A DNA stretch of 64,000 nt from Fimbriosthenelais zetlandica (lineage: Eukaryota): NCBI GenBank assembly GCA_977030845.1, contig OZ365112.1, positions 20,274,001-20,338,000 of the forward strand. The letters are read 5' to 3'. Below, piece after piece: positions 26,975 to 37,505 of the stretch. The notes under the pieces are model-generated. The model was given only the letters and a program-made list of their open reading frames with translations, made no database searches and was not told where the DNA came from. The position numbers and the translations under genes are program-made. Within the stretch, counting starts at the first letter, position 1; each line of letters starts with the position of its first letter.

Positions 26975-29900
26975 CTATTCTAGATAGTCCACATTCAGGA
27001 CGACCCCTCCCACCATCCCCATCTCCTCCAGCGTCTTCTCCTTGACGTCATGTATAGAGTGACGTGGGTATGACGTCAGTAAGGTGTATATAGACTGGTG
27101 GTAGCCTACTGTCGTCATGTAATCTAGAAGCACCTTAAAAAGAAAAAAAGATTAATTAGGATGTAGCATATGTGTGTATAATAAATCTATCCCCACTTCA
27201 ATACAACCGTGACAGTCCTTCCAACATACATCAGCCAATATAAAAAGCTACTGTTCCACATGTATATTATGTTCATACAATTCATTGAATCATTTATTCA
27301 AATGTTACCATGAAATGTCCATTACAAGGTACGGGCTAAGTCACAGTCAAATTGTTCCTACCTGCACATGATTGGACTTTAGAAAGCGTCTGACGTAAAA
27401 ACGTCCTTGTGGCGTCCGTAAGGTCACACGGACTGCTGCACTAGCGCCATCCGGTGGCTCCTCTGGTAACTGAATAACCTATCGACGTGAAAGAGGTTAA
27501 TCGGTGTAATAGAGCGAGGTGAATCACCATCCAGCCATTATTTATTATTTATATTTTCTGCCAATATTTGACTAGATCAATATTATGCTAGGCGTGGGTC
27601 CACTGAAGTATAAATAATAAATGTACCCAGGGAAACTTACTTATTTTATAATGACTATATAGACCTACCTTTTTGCTGGATGAGACTTTTGATCCATCAG
27701 GTAGTTTTGTGGAGTCTTGATGATCTGCTGCAGATGATGAAACACTGTGGTTCTCTAAGTTCTTTCTAGCAGACACAGCATCCCTGCTTCCTTGCGTCCC
27801 TGCGCCTGACGATTCAGGCTTGTCTGCACCTTCTGTCTACAATTAACCAGCATTTAACACATTAATAATACGTTGTTTGTAATAATGCATCTCCATGTAA
27901 GGTCTGAGAGCTTGTGTTTATGAATTAGCCACATGCATCTGGGCCCAGCGACTCCCTGGTGGGTCCGGCTGGTGGCAGTGTTACATAATTATTGTGGTCA
28001 TCAGTGTCGTGTCCATAGGGGAACATTATATAGATCTTAAGTTCTTTGTTTCCTCTAAAAAAAAGGGCTACGTCTTGAAAGAGATCTGGAGAATGCAGGC
28101 ATGTAGGCATCCATTTTATATGAATACCATTACGCTTGATAATGTACATAGATGAATGCATGATACAGGATTGTCATGGGCTGAATGCCAAGTGCTGCTG
28201 GTAGAGATGACCATGTATGCATACATAATTTGTATTGGTATTTTTGTTCAATAGTTTTCCTCAACCGAACCGTAAAATTCCAACATGTTACATGGCTGGA
28301 TCTGTTCATGATCAGACAACCTGCAAATGTATGTAATATGGGTTAATTGACGTTTATATGTAAGTAACCCCGAGAATGTGATGCCAATTTTGTGTACTTT
28401 TAACATATTCGATCTATCTACAATGCAAAACAGTATAGGATAGACCCTATCGTATGAGATACGGTAATCGTATCAGAGGGATATCATACTTCCCAAACTA
28501 TTGTCTCACACTAGTTTTATCAGGATATCAAATGGGAACTGGTCCTAACTTGTTTACTCTGCCCCACACCAGCAAATTATACAAATGAGGAGTTTGGGGC
28601 AGCATTGGGGGAAGGGCACTCGTACCTACACAGACAAAGGTAAAGGTGAAGGCGATAATCCAATACATGCATGAATGGGACACGGCAGCTTATCACCAAT
28701 GCCAGTCAAACTGTCACAGTAAAGATAACGACGATCAGATAACAGAGATAAGGGGTTCAGGTCACGGTGTGATATGACATCTAAGCACTCATTATCATCC
28801 TTCATCATAAATGCCTTTGAAAATAATTAAACTTTTTTATGGTGGTTTATAACCAGTGATCAAATAATATGATTTAAAACACTCTTCTCAACTGATATGA
28901 TGTTGGAGGAAGTATACGATATTGTTTATGTTATAAATACAGGAATATGATCTTTACCAGACCCTTTCATCGTCATTCATGGCACCACTCTGTTCTCTAT
29001 CTCCCACGTATATATATATGGGGGGAAATGTAGTGTGACGCAGTTATTCTTCATACTCATAGGGCTAGAGCTGGGAGGTGCGGCAAATGTCGTTTCAAGT
29101 GTTTTGCAGAAAAAAATATAATTATTCCCTATGTGAATATTAAGTAGAATTCTGCCAATAGACTAAAATAATATTTGTAATCTACAAAACCCAGTGCGAA
29201 GATCAGCATTTTCCTCTCGATCATTCCATCACAGAATGAAGCCCATGTGCATGGCCTCTTTTGTGTGTACAATGTCATATCCATCACAGTTGTAAACTAG
29301 ATTATGCCATGTCATGGTGCCTCTTCATTGAATGACGTCATGGGTCATATACCCAAAAAGATGACATTACTTGTGGATGGTCCCTTTCTACTACAGTGTC
29401 CATCCATTTTACTTCTTACAAATATTTGTCTTCTGCCAATGCCATATGATACGCGTCACAATGTTTTCTAATAACACATTTTATAATTTGAATCCATAGA
29501 TCCAAATAGTTATCTATGTGGTACATGTTAATGTGACAATCACGAGTGTACACCTGGATACATGATTAAATATGAAAAGATTCGTACCAGTATATCATTT
29601 TATATTTGTATATATACATTAAATTGGATATAAATTTCAGAAAGTGGAACAGGTGTTTTCAAATATAAAGCAATATGAAAGCTATTGATAATTTATATTT
29701 GAAGTCTGCAGGTTATAACATTTCGAAATATCTTTATACCAATATTTGCATTGTCTCATTTGCAGTAACTTCGCATAACACTTAAAATGAGACATTGGGG
29801 AAATGGAACGTAAACAAGTCTAAATCTAGGGCGAAACTGGGTTTAAGATGCGTATATTGATCTTGTGAAATACCGACAACTAGAACTACTGCGTGCCATA

Positions 29901-31396
29901 TCAACATACTAATCTCAATGAAACACCCTCCATCAAATTAGGTTTTCCAGTACATGTAGTTTAAAGAAAGTTTTAATTAATTTTAACTAGATCTATGACA
30001 AATCAAAGCCTCTAATTAATTTAAATTTTGATTGATGTAAAGAATAAGAGGGAAAAATAGAGCACGAAAGTGTTGGGCGAAAAACTAAGACCTAATATGT
30101 CAGTAAGAGTCAACACTGCAAAATGTTCATGCGATACTCCCTGTGAATTACGCAGCAAAATATCTAGCTCACCACGCTAGGGATATTTTTGTTGGAATAA
30201 CTGAACTAGAATGGTATTTACTGAAGTGACTGTGCATTTCAAAGCACATGAAAATATATGTATGGGGTTTCAACTGGTAGACGAATACAGTGAACCAAAT
30301 GAACCACAATATTTTATGAATATCATGTTGCCAACCATTTAATAACATTATGTAGCTTCACCAAGTTTCTAAACCTTCCTGAGAACTAAGTTTTACATGA
30401 CTGTATAGCATTTAACTAGACCTGTGCGCCAACAGATTATGAGAAGCAATAATCATAAAGTGGGCTGTACTTTAACATCACATAACATAATACACCTGGA
30501 ATAGCATAATTATCTAATTTCTCAGAATCTCAGGACGAAAAAAAAATATGTTATATGTGTTAGGGGTCTAATTATTATCTTGTCACAGATAATGGAATGG
30601 AGTTTTCCACTGTTATCATGAAAGTTTAGGCCCCTAACAATAGTTATCTTTTCTCTAGCCATATGCTTGGGCCAGGGGTCACTTTATGACAAAGTGTGAT
30701 GGAATAATCTACGCAACAATCAGTACAACTCGTGATCCAATGCTACCAAAAAAGTCAGCCAACATCCCATGTAGCGAACATGGAACTATGCTGCCTCCTG
30801 TGCCACTACAGTGATAGGTCTCATTTTTACAGTTTGATGACATGTTCGACAGAAATCAAAGATATCCAATTACTCACCCCTAAAATGTGTCCTTTCCCTC
30901 TAAATTTAGACAATTGTGTGTGTCTGTAAAAATCCTCCTCTTTCTTCTGTTTTTTGGCTTCTAGTCGTGGGTCTAGGATTCTCTCTTTGTAGGAGGCTGC
31001 CTGAGGTAATATAAAATTATATTCTATACCAGGAATACATGGAAATATGGGCAAAATTCAATGTCAACTCGACACATACATGTGCTGCATTCATTTTAGG
31101 ATTTATTTTCATATATGTACCTTACGAGTATGGTCTTCTGAAAATTTCTGTCTTGCCAGCTTCTGCTTTAAGGCATTTTCTTCTGTAAAAATGTGATAAA
31201 AAAGACATTTAAAACACAGAAAACACAGACTGACAAAATGTCTACGGTATATTAGCAGTGAAATTAATCTACGTACCCGGAGATGTAACAATATTAGGTG
31301 ACGGTTTCTTTTGTCTTCTCATTAAAAAATATAGGAGAAAACCCAGTAATGCAGACGAGACCAGAGCCAATGAAAAGTTGGAGATCCAAACTGCGT
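26975..31396 (-). CDS. UBXN8: UBX domain-containing protein 8-like (TM, coiled coil, C-terminal UBX domain); N-terminal exon(s) not located
   Basis: Minus-strand phase-compatible exons: 31396-31277 (TM AVWISNFSLALVSSALLGFLLYFLMRRQKK), 31182-31121 (EENALKQKLARQKFSEDHTRK), 31000-30878 (AASYKERILDPRLEAKKQKKEEDFYRHTQLSKFRGKGHILG), 27836-27669 (Ser-rich linker), 27478-27362 (VIQLPEEPPDGASAAVRVTLRTPQGRFYVRRFLKSNHVQ), 27133-26975 (VLLDYMTTVGYHQSIYTLLTSYPR...TLEEMG...VLNVDYLE*). UBX hallmarks LPEEP, R-x-P-x-G, RRF and SYPR are present. The coiled-coil exon resembles human UBXN8 as recalled. Confidence 0.85.
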
Positions 31397-34055
31397 CTGA
31401 AAATATTGATCATTTGATTAATGGCGCTAAATTTTATTGTTTGGACAAAGATGGTTATAGTGAATATATCACTACCCTTTTGACCCATTACTAAAATATC
31501 TCACTCAAAATGGAGGGGAAAACACATTAAAAAGGTGATATACATAAGCCAATTGACTATGAAATGGAATCTATCGCACAACCTTTTTAGAAACAGGACC
31601 AAGCACACCTTCACTAAGATAATTTCGCAAGCAAGATAAGATTTATTCTGATAAGCTAACTTGTAAGTTCAAAACAAAGTGTCGAACAAACTCTGAGGTG
31701 AAAAAGAACCTTGTGATAACCGTGAGATAAACGTTGAGTTGATGAATGCTTCAAATTAAAGATAGGAACATTCATCACCTAGATTTATCCGGGTTACTCC
31801 AGCAGTGGTAGGTCCACACGTGACCAGGTGGTATCACCTTCATTACCAGCGACTTCCAGTCAACTCAAATTTTAAAATTTAAATGTGCCATTCATGAATT
31901 AGACCTTTTCAGCCATAAAAAAATGATTTTCCTAGCTTTCCATTACAATTATTATAACGTTACTGTCATTGAGAATGAAAATGAGGTGTGGGTATGAGGT
32001 ACCGGTACTGGGCTATGTATGATATCTTGGATATCTATTTCATGTGTCGTACACAAATAGGGAAATCCTTTTATTAGTTAACGTTGTATTACGCCAACCA
32101 TTGAGAAAAAGTGGGATAACTAAGAATTCCTGGTGGAATTAACCGGATACTTGTCTTATGTCAGGGGAAATATCCATAACCCTACAATGTACGTCTGTTT
32201 TGCTGTGTAAGGATGGAAACTTACAGGATGCTATCTGATGATGTGATCAATTGTTAATAGTTAATGATCAGTCTATGATTTTATTTTCCATGGGGCAGTG
32301 GGAAGATAAAACTGTAACTTTTATCAGTCCACTTCCCTTATCTATTCAAGATGAACAGGAATTATGGGCAAGACGAGTGGTGATAGAGGTAACAAGTAGC
32401 AATAGCTTATCTATAACCATGAATAGCCCAACAATGTACTAATAACTAGCTGCAACCAGTTTGGATTTTGTGGTGGATTTGTTGATAAACCCCCTGGTTA
32501 AGATAAATTTAAAATTGCGTATATATATATTCCTTCATGTCGGGCTATATAAGCGATGAATACAATGACTCTCTTCATTTTATTTATTATTATACATCAC
32601 ACAATAAGTCTACACCTGGGATTCACCCATCTAAGGTTTGTCTGCCTTTATTTAATGTGTGGATTTTGGACATCAATTACATAGCCAAATGTTCAAGTTT
32701 ACAATTAATTATTTTGGGACGGAATAATCGGAAAAATTGCCAGGATTTTAAGGTTCAAGAATACGGCATATATACCGGTATCCAACATGAGGCTCGATGC
32801 ATTTGTGCAGATTGTTTTGTCAAGCCCTGCCTGTCCCATTATTTTTGCACTTGTAATGGAGTGCGAGAGCACTGTTAAAACGATATATGTATAATTGACC
32901 AATATTCGTATTATAATATAAATTTTAATGTTTCTTTGTTTTCAATGACACTGTGACAATACATTTGTATAAAATACCACACCTAAAGGTTAGTTCTAAA
33001 TTTCAACTTGATTCTTGAAAATATAGACCTAGGAAGTGTGGATATCGATATATCATTTTAGGTGAATATTTATCCACTGTATATTAGGCCTATAAATGCT
33101 AAAATTATATTTATATCGCCTATATTTTTATTTTATTTTATTGGATCAGAATGAGAGTCAATCACATGATAGGCCTAGTCATGGTACGGTACGCCACTAC
33201 GGTATTACTATTCAAGGGTTGAAGAGGTAGATCTAATGGAGAAATTACGCCGCAGCCCATTCAAAATTGTTTATCACAATTTTTTATTCATGATAGGATT
33301 ATCATGAGGTCACATTACATGGACCAATAATGCCAGGTATTAATGAAAAATAGGTCCATTCCTTAAATATGACAACAACGATGGTAGGGTAGGCCTACAA
33401 TGCGAGTCGTAGGCCTATACTTATAGATGTAAAAGAAATTGTTCATACATAGGGCCTACGGTATGGTACAGATCTCGATCTTAGAAAACTGTATAATACC
33501 CAGTTAAATCTATAAATATATTGGGAGAACTTGCTTCAAAGTTCAATACACATTAAGGTGCCCCGCCCCCTTTTCATAGACAGAGCAAAGATCAGCAGAT
33601 TTCTATTTATAATCCTAGGCCTACCGTGTAGGCCTATACAACGTTAGCATCAGATAATTTCAATGATTCTTATAGGGCACCAAATATTCATGGATTTAGA
33701 GACTTGAAATATCACCTGAACTTAGATTATCCATGGCATCAGACGTTGTTGACAGTGTCAGAGTCACTAAATTCCAGTCAGCTGGTCATGCTTTGTTGAT
33801 ATTACCAGCCCGCTTGGATCCCCCGTGATCACTCCTTTGGACGAGTCCACCCTGCTACATAACCACTATTTATGGGTGTGGAGATGTTTAAATAAATTAC
33901 AAATTATTTGGGATTTCTATTTTCCTCATGCAGTATTTATTTTATTACATTATTGTAATAATTAACATATTTTAAAAATGGGTTTTAGCCTTCAGTTATT
34001 GAGTATAAATATATTGTGCAGACAATGCACATCCTGCCACCCCTCCAGCGGGATT

Positions 34056-34118
34056 TGTTTACTTTGACCAATCAAGTATTGAGTCTGAGATCACGTGGTT
34101 TGGGAACGGGTATAAATA
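34056..34118 (+). promoter_or_regulatory. MAT core promoter: forkhead site, CCAAT box, E-box, TATA box
   Basis: TGTTTAC 34056-34062, CCAAT 34068-34072, CACGTG 34092-34097 and TATAAATA 34111-34118, about 110 nt upstream of the MAT ATG at 34225. Confidence 0.7.
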
Positions 34119-34224
34119 GCGTGGCTGAACTCAACTCTACCTCTTTTCCACAACTCAAAAGTTGATACTACATCAGTGTTTACTTCAAGAACTGAAGATT
34201 CAATTTATTTCATCTATTTTAAAG

Positions 34225-37200
34225 ATGGAGAACGGCAAAGGTGTAGCCATGGATACTTTCCTGTTTACTTCAGAATCTGTTGGCGAGGGTCATCCTGGTA
34301 AGTATTAACATTAGCTTGTTTTTCTCGGACTGTCGTTGTTTTCTGGGGCACGTGTTGGACTGTGGTTGCATCAGCAACCATCTGTGAATTTGTAAACAAA
34401 CTATTTTTCTTGACCACGCAAGTATATAGTCCCACTAGATGTGTTATATTGGCGATCTATACAAAATTAACAATGTTAGTTTGTGAGAATGTGTAATGAA
34501 ATGAATTGATTTGATGGGAATGAATCTTATTTTCATAAAAACAAACATGAGCGGGTTGAGCGATAAAAGGGGTTTTTGCCATAGACGGTAATGGTGCTCG
34601 TTATTCCCGTCATCGGTCTATGTCGGGAGGTGGATATTTTCACGATCTGTTGGCAATCTAGGTCGAGTTAATATTAATGTGAGCAATTAAAACGTGGTGT
34701 AGGCCACCAGCGTGAGTCTGGCATGTTTTATTTATGTATGTTTATGTAAATCGATCCAGGATACGCCAGTGGAAAAAACAAAAAGGGGTGTGGTCAAGAC
34801 CCTTCTAAGGCTTCTAGAATTGCGTCTGGTCTAAGCGAGTCATGACATGCAATTTAATAACGATTACATTTTTTTAGCCTACGAGTATTATAATTTGATT
34901 CTTTCAGATCTACTATTTTCTAGATTATTCCACTCAAGTCTTGATCAATATTGTACATTCAGATAAAATCTGCGACCAGATCAGCGATGCAGTACTTGAT
35001 GCCCATCTAAGACAGGACCAGGATGCTAAGGTTGCTTGTGGTAAGAATCCCATTACTGATTCTCCTCTAGACCGTTAAGAGTTCAAAGTGCAAGTTTGTT
35101 GATTGTTAATCTCGTATTGTTCATTGTTCATAATGATTAAGATAGGAAATGGCAGACAGTTGAGGAAGCAGTTGATGCAGTTCCTATGTAGAGTGGTTAA
35201 CGGCAGGTAAATTACAGGTAAAGTGGTGTTGCTGGATGTGTGTTGTCTGATTTGTAATGACGTTATTATTTGAACACGTCATATTACATTCAGGTAACAA
35301 ACTTAACTGTTTCTTTTTTACAGAAACTTGCATCAAGGCAGTCCTAATTAAGACAGATAATTCGTTTCTTCCAGAAACATGTGCCAAGACCGGCATGGTA
35401 ATGCTGCTCGGCGAGATCAGCTCCAAAGCTCAAGTAGACTACCAGAAGGTGGTCCGTGACGCCATCAAACACATCGGCTATGATGACTCCGCCAAGGGTC
35501 AGTCTGTCATTATTAATCTACTTTTAGTATTTTTTTCTTTGAATAATCGTCATAATTTCTGCTTGTCTAATATTGAAAATGTACTTAAGATTGAACAAAG
35601 TTAGCCTACATTTGCGTATAACGTAGCACATTTATGGCCCTAAAATGTAGCAGGCGATTTCGTACATTGACATATTAATTAAGTAAATGGATCAGAAATA
35701 ATTTAAGCGTTTCCAGTAGGACTTGGTGGACGCTCTTGTAATTCGTATGAATTTGCAATTTTTACAGGATTCGACTACAAGACATGCAACGTCCTCTCTG
35801 CCCTTGAAGAACAAAGCCCCGACATCGCCCAGGGTGTTCACGTCGGTCGTAAGGATGAAGATATTGGTGCCGGTGACCAGGGTCTCATGTTTGGCTATGC
35901 TACTGATGAAACAGAAGAGTGCATGCCACTCACAGTGGTCCTCGCCCATAAACTCAATGCCAAGATCTCCGAGCTCAGACGAAACGGCGTCTTCTCCTGG
36001 GCAAGACCTGATTCCAAGACCCAGGTAAAGATTACTTAATATATTAATACCAATTTTATATTTAATGAAAACTAATTTTGGAAATTGTCCCAATTTGGGA
36101 CACATTCAGAGATAACTCTCATTGGAAATCAGCTGAAAACCTTTTAAAAAATTGAAAAAATTTTAATTGAAACTTTTCCATTGGAAATCTTATCTTAAAA
36201 TGCAATTTTCTGTTTACAGGTAACTATTGAGTACAGGATGGAAAAGGGAGCCTGTATACCTCAAAGAGTTCACACGGTTGTAATCTCACTACAGCATTCA
36301 GAAGACATTAGTACCGAGCAGCTCCGCGCTGATCTCATGGAGCATGTGGTTAATGTCGTCATCCCAGCCAAGTACATGGATGCTGACACTGTCTACCACA
36401 TCCAGCCCTCTGGACGCTTCGTTATTGGTGGACCTCAGGTAAAAAACTCTTCTATTTCATATTCATCTCTTAGAAATCTCATAAGTGATTATTTATTCTT
36501 CATAATATGTATTAATATTATAATGGATTTATATTCTATCTAGTGCTTTATATGTAATATGCTAAAGCGATTTACATTAAGGGAGTTAAATATAAAATTA
36601 GATGAATCACTAAAATATATGAAATGTTTGAAATTGAGTTAAGAGTAAGAATGTCATTCTAATACTAGTTTTCTTTTAAAAACTAAATTTATAAAGATTG
36701 CTATGAAATATCAAATGGGATAAAAGTAAACATTTTTGTTGATCTGTAGGGTGATGCTGGCCTGACTGGTCGTAAAATCATCGTGGACACGTACGGTGGA
36801 TGGGGAGCTCATGGTGGTGGCGCCTTCTCTGGAAAAGATTTTTCCAAGGTAGATCGGTCTGCGGCTTATGCTGCTCGCTGGGTCGCCAAGTCTCTAGTAA
36901 AAGCTGGCCTCTGCAGACGTGTCCTTGTCCAGGTAGGAATTTTTCAGTAATTTCATTTGATAAAACCTAGTTGTTCTTACATTTGGTTAAAAAAATATCA
37001 GCAATTATAATAAGACCACACCATTTATTGTAATTTAATTGTCTTTATTCTTATGGGAATATATGTTTTCTTAACAGTTGTCTTACGCTATTGGAGTGGC
37101 CGAACCTCTGTCCATCTTTGTGAGCAGCTACGGCACGGGAGCAAAGTCTGATCAAGAACTTCTTGCCATTGTTAAAGAGAACTTTGATCTCAGACCCGGA

Positions 37201-37505
37201 TGTATTGTGAGGTACGTTATATTAAACTTTTCATATATTTACGTTTTTGAAAGAATAACCGCAAGATTAAAAAAAAAAAAAAATATTCCTGAAATATGAC
37301 ATCTGTTGCCATGTCTATTGAAAAATAGAAATAATCTGTATATAGCAGCTGCTAATGTTCTCACCTTGAGATATGGACATAATTGAATTCTTTTCGTTGC
37401 AGGGATCTGGATCTGCGTAAGCCAATCTACCAGAAGACTGCCGTCTATGGTCACTTCGGCCGCCCGGACTTCACCTGGGAACAGCCTAAAAAGATGGTCT
37501 TCTAA
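34225..37505 (+). CDS. MAT2A: S-adenosylmethionine synthetase (methionine adenosyltransferase), complete, 8 coding exons
   Basis: Exons 34225-34297, 34963-35040, 35375-35497 (alternative start 35324), 35768-36024, 36220-36438, 36750-36932, 37078-37211, 37403-37505. They give [21 protein letters not shown], the GAGDQG and GGGAFSGKD signatures, and YGHFGR near the TAA stop. The symbol marks family membership (MAT/metK/Sam-S); one-to-one orthology was not tested. Confidence 0.97.
34366..34373. promoter_or_regulatory. Candidate C/EBP-ATF (amino-acid response) element in MAT intron 1
   Basis: TTGCATCA is the reverse complement of TGATGCAA. It lies 70 nt into intron 1, next to CACGTG at 34349-34354. 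Motif match only. Confidence 0.35.
35319..35327 (+). promoter_or_regulatory. METTL16/METT-10-type motif UACAGAAAC overlapping an alternative upstream 3' splice site of MAT intron 2
   Basis: TACAGAAAC at 35319-35327 with AG at 35322-35323, a T-tract and branch-like CTTAAC at 35302-35307. A second acceptor TTCCAG|AAAC lies 51 nt downstream. Confidence 0.65.

Noticed and set aside
27444-27460. Good CTCF-like match (CCACCGGATGGCGC on the minus strand)
   Set aside because: It encodes PPDGA in the UBXN8 UBX exon, so coding explains it.
27925-28808. Minus-strand ORFs 27925-28161 and 28626-28808 as extra UBXN8 exons or transposase remnants
   Set aside because: The flanking UBXN8 exons join in phase without them, and no motif was recognised.
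32537-32878. Cys-rich ORF end (CICADCFVKPCLSHYFC) resembling a piggyBac C-terminal domain
   Set aside because: Spacing only loosely similar, with no DDD core or terminal repeats nearby.
35692-36105. Minus-strand ORF 35692-36105 and off-frame ORF 35723-36028
   Set aside because: Shadows of MAT exon 4.
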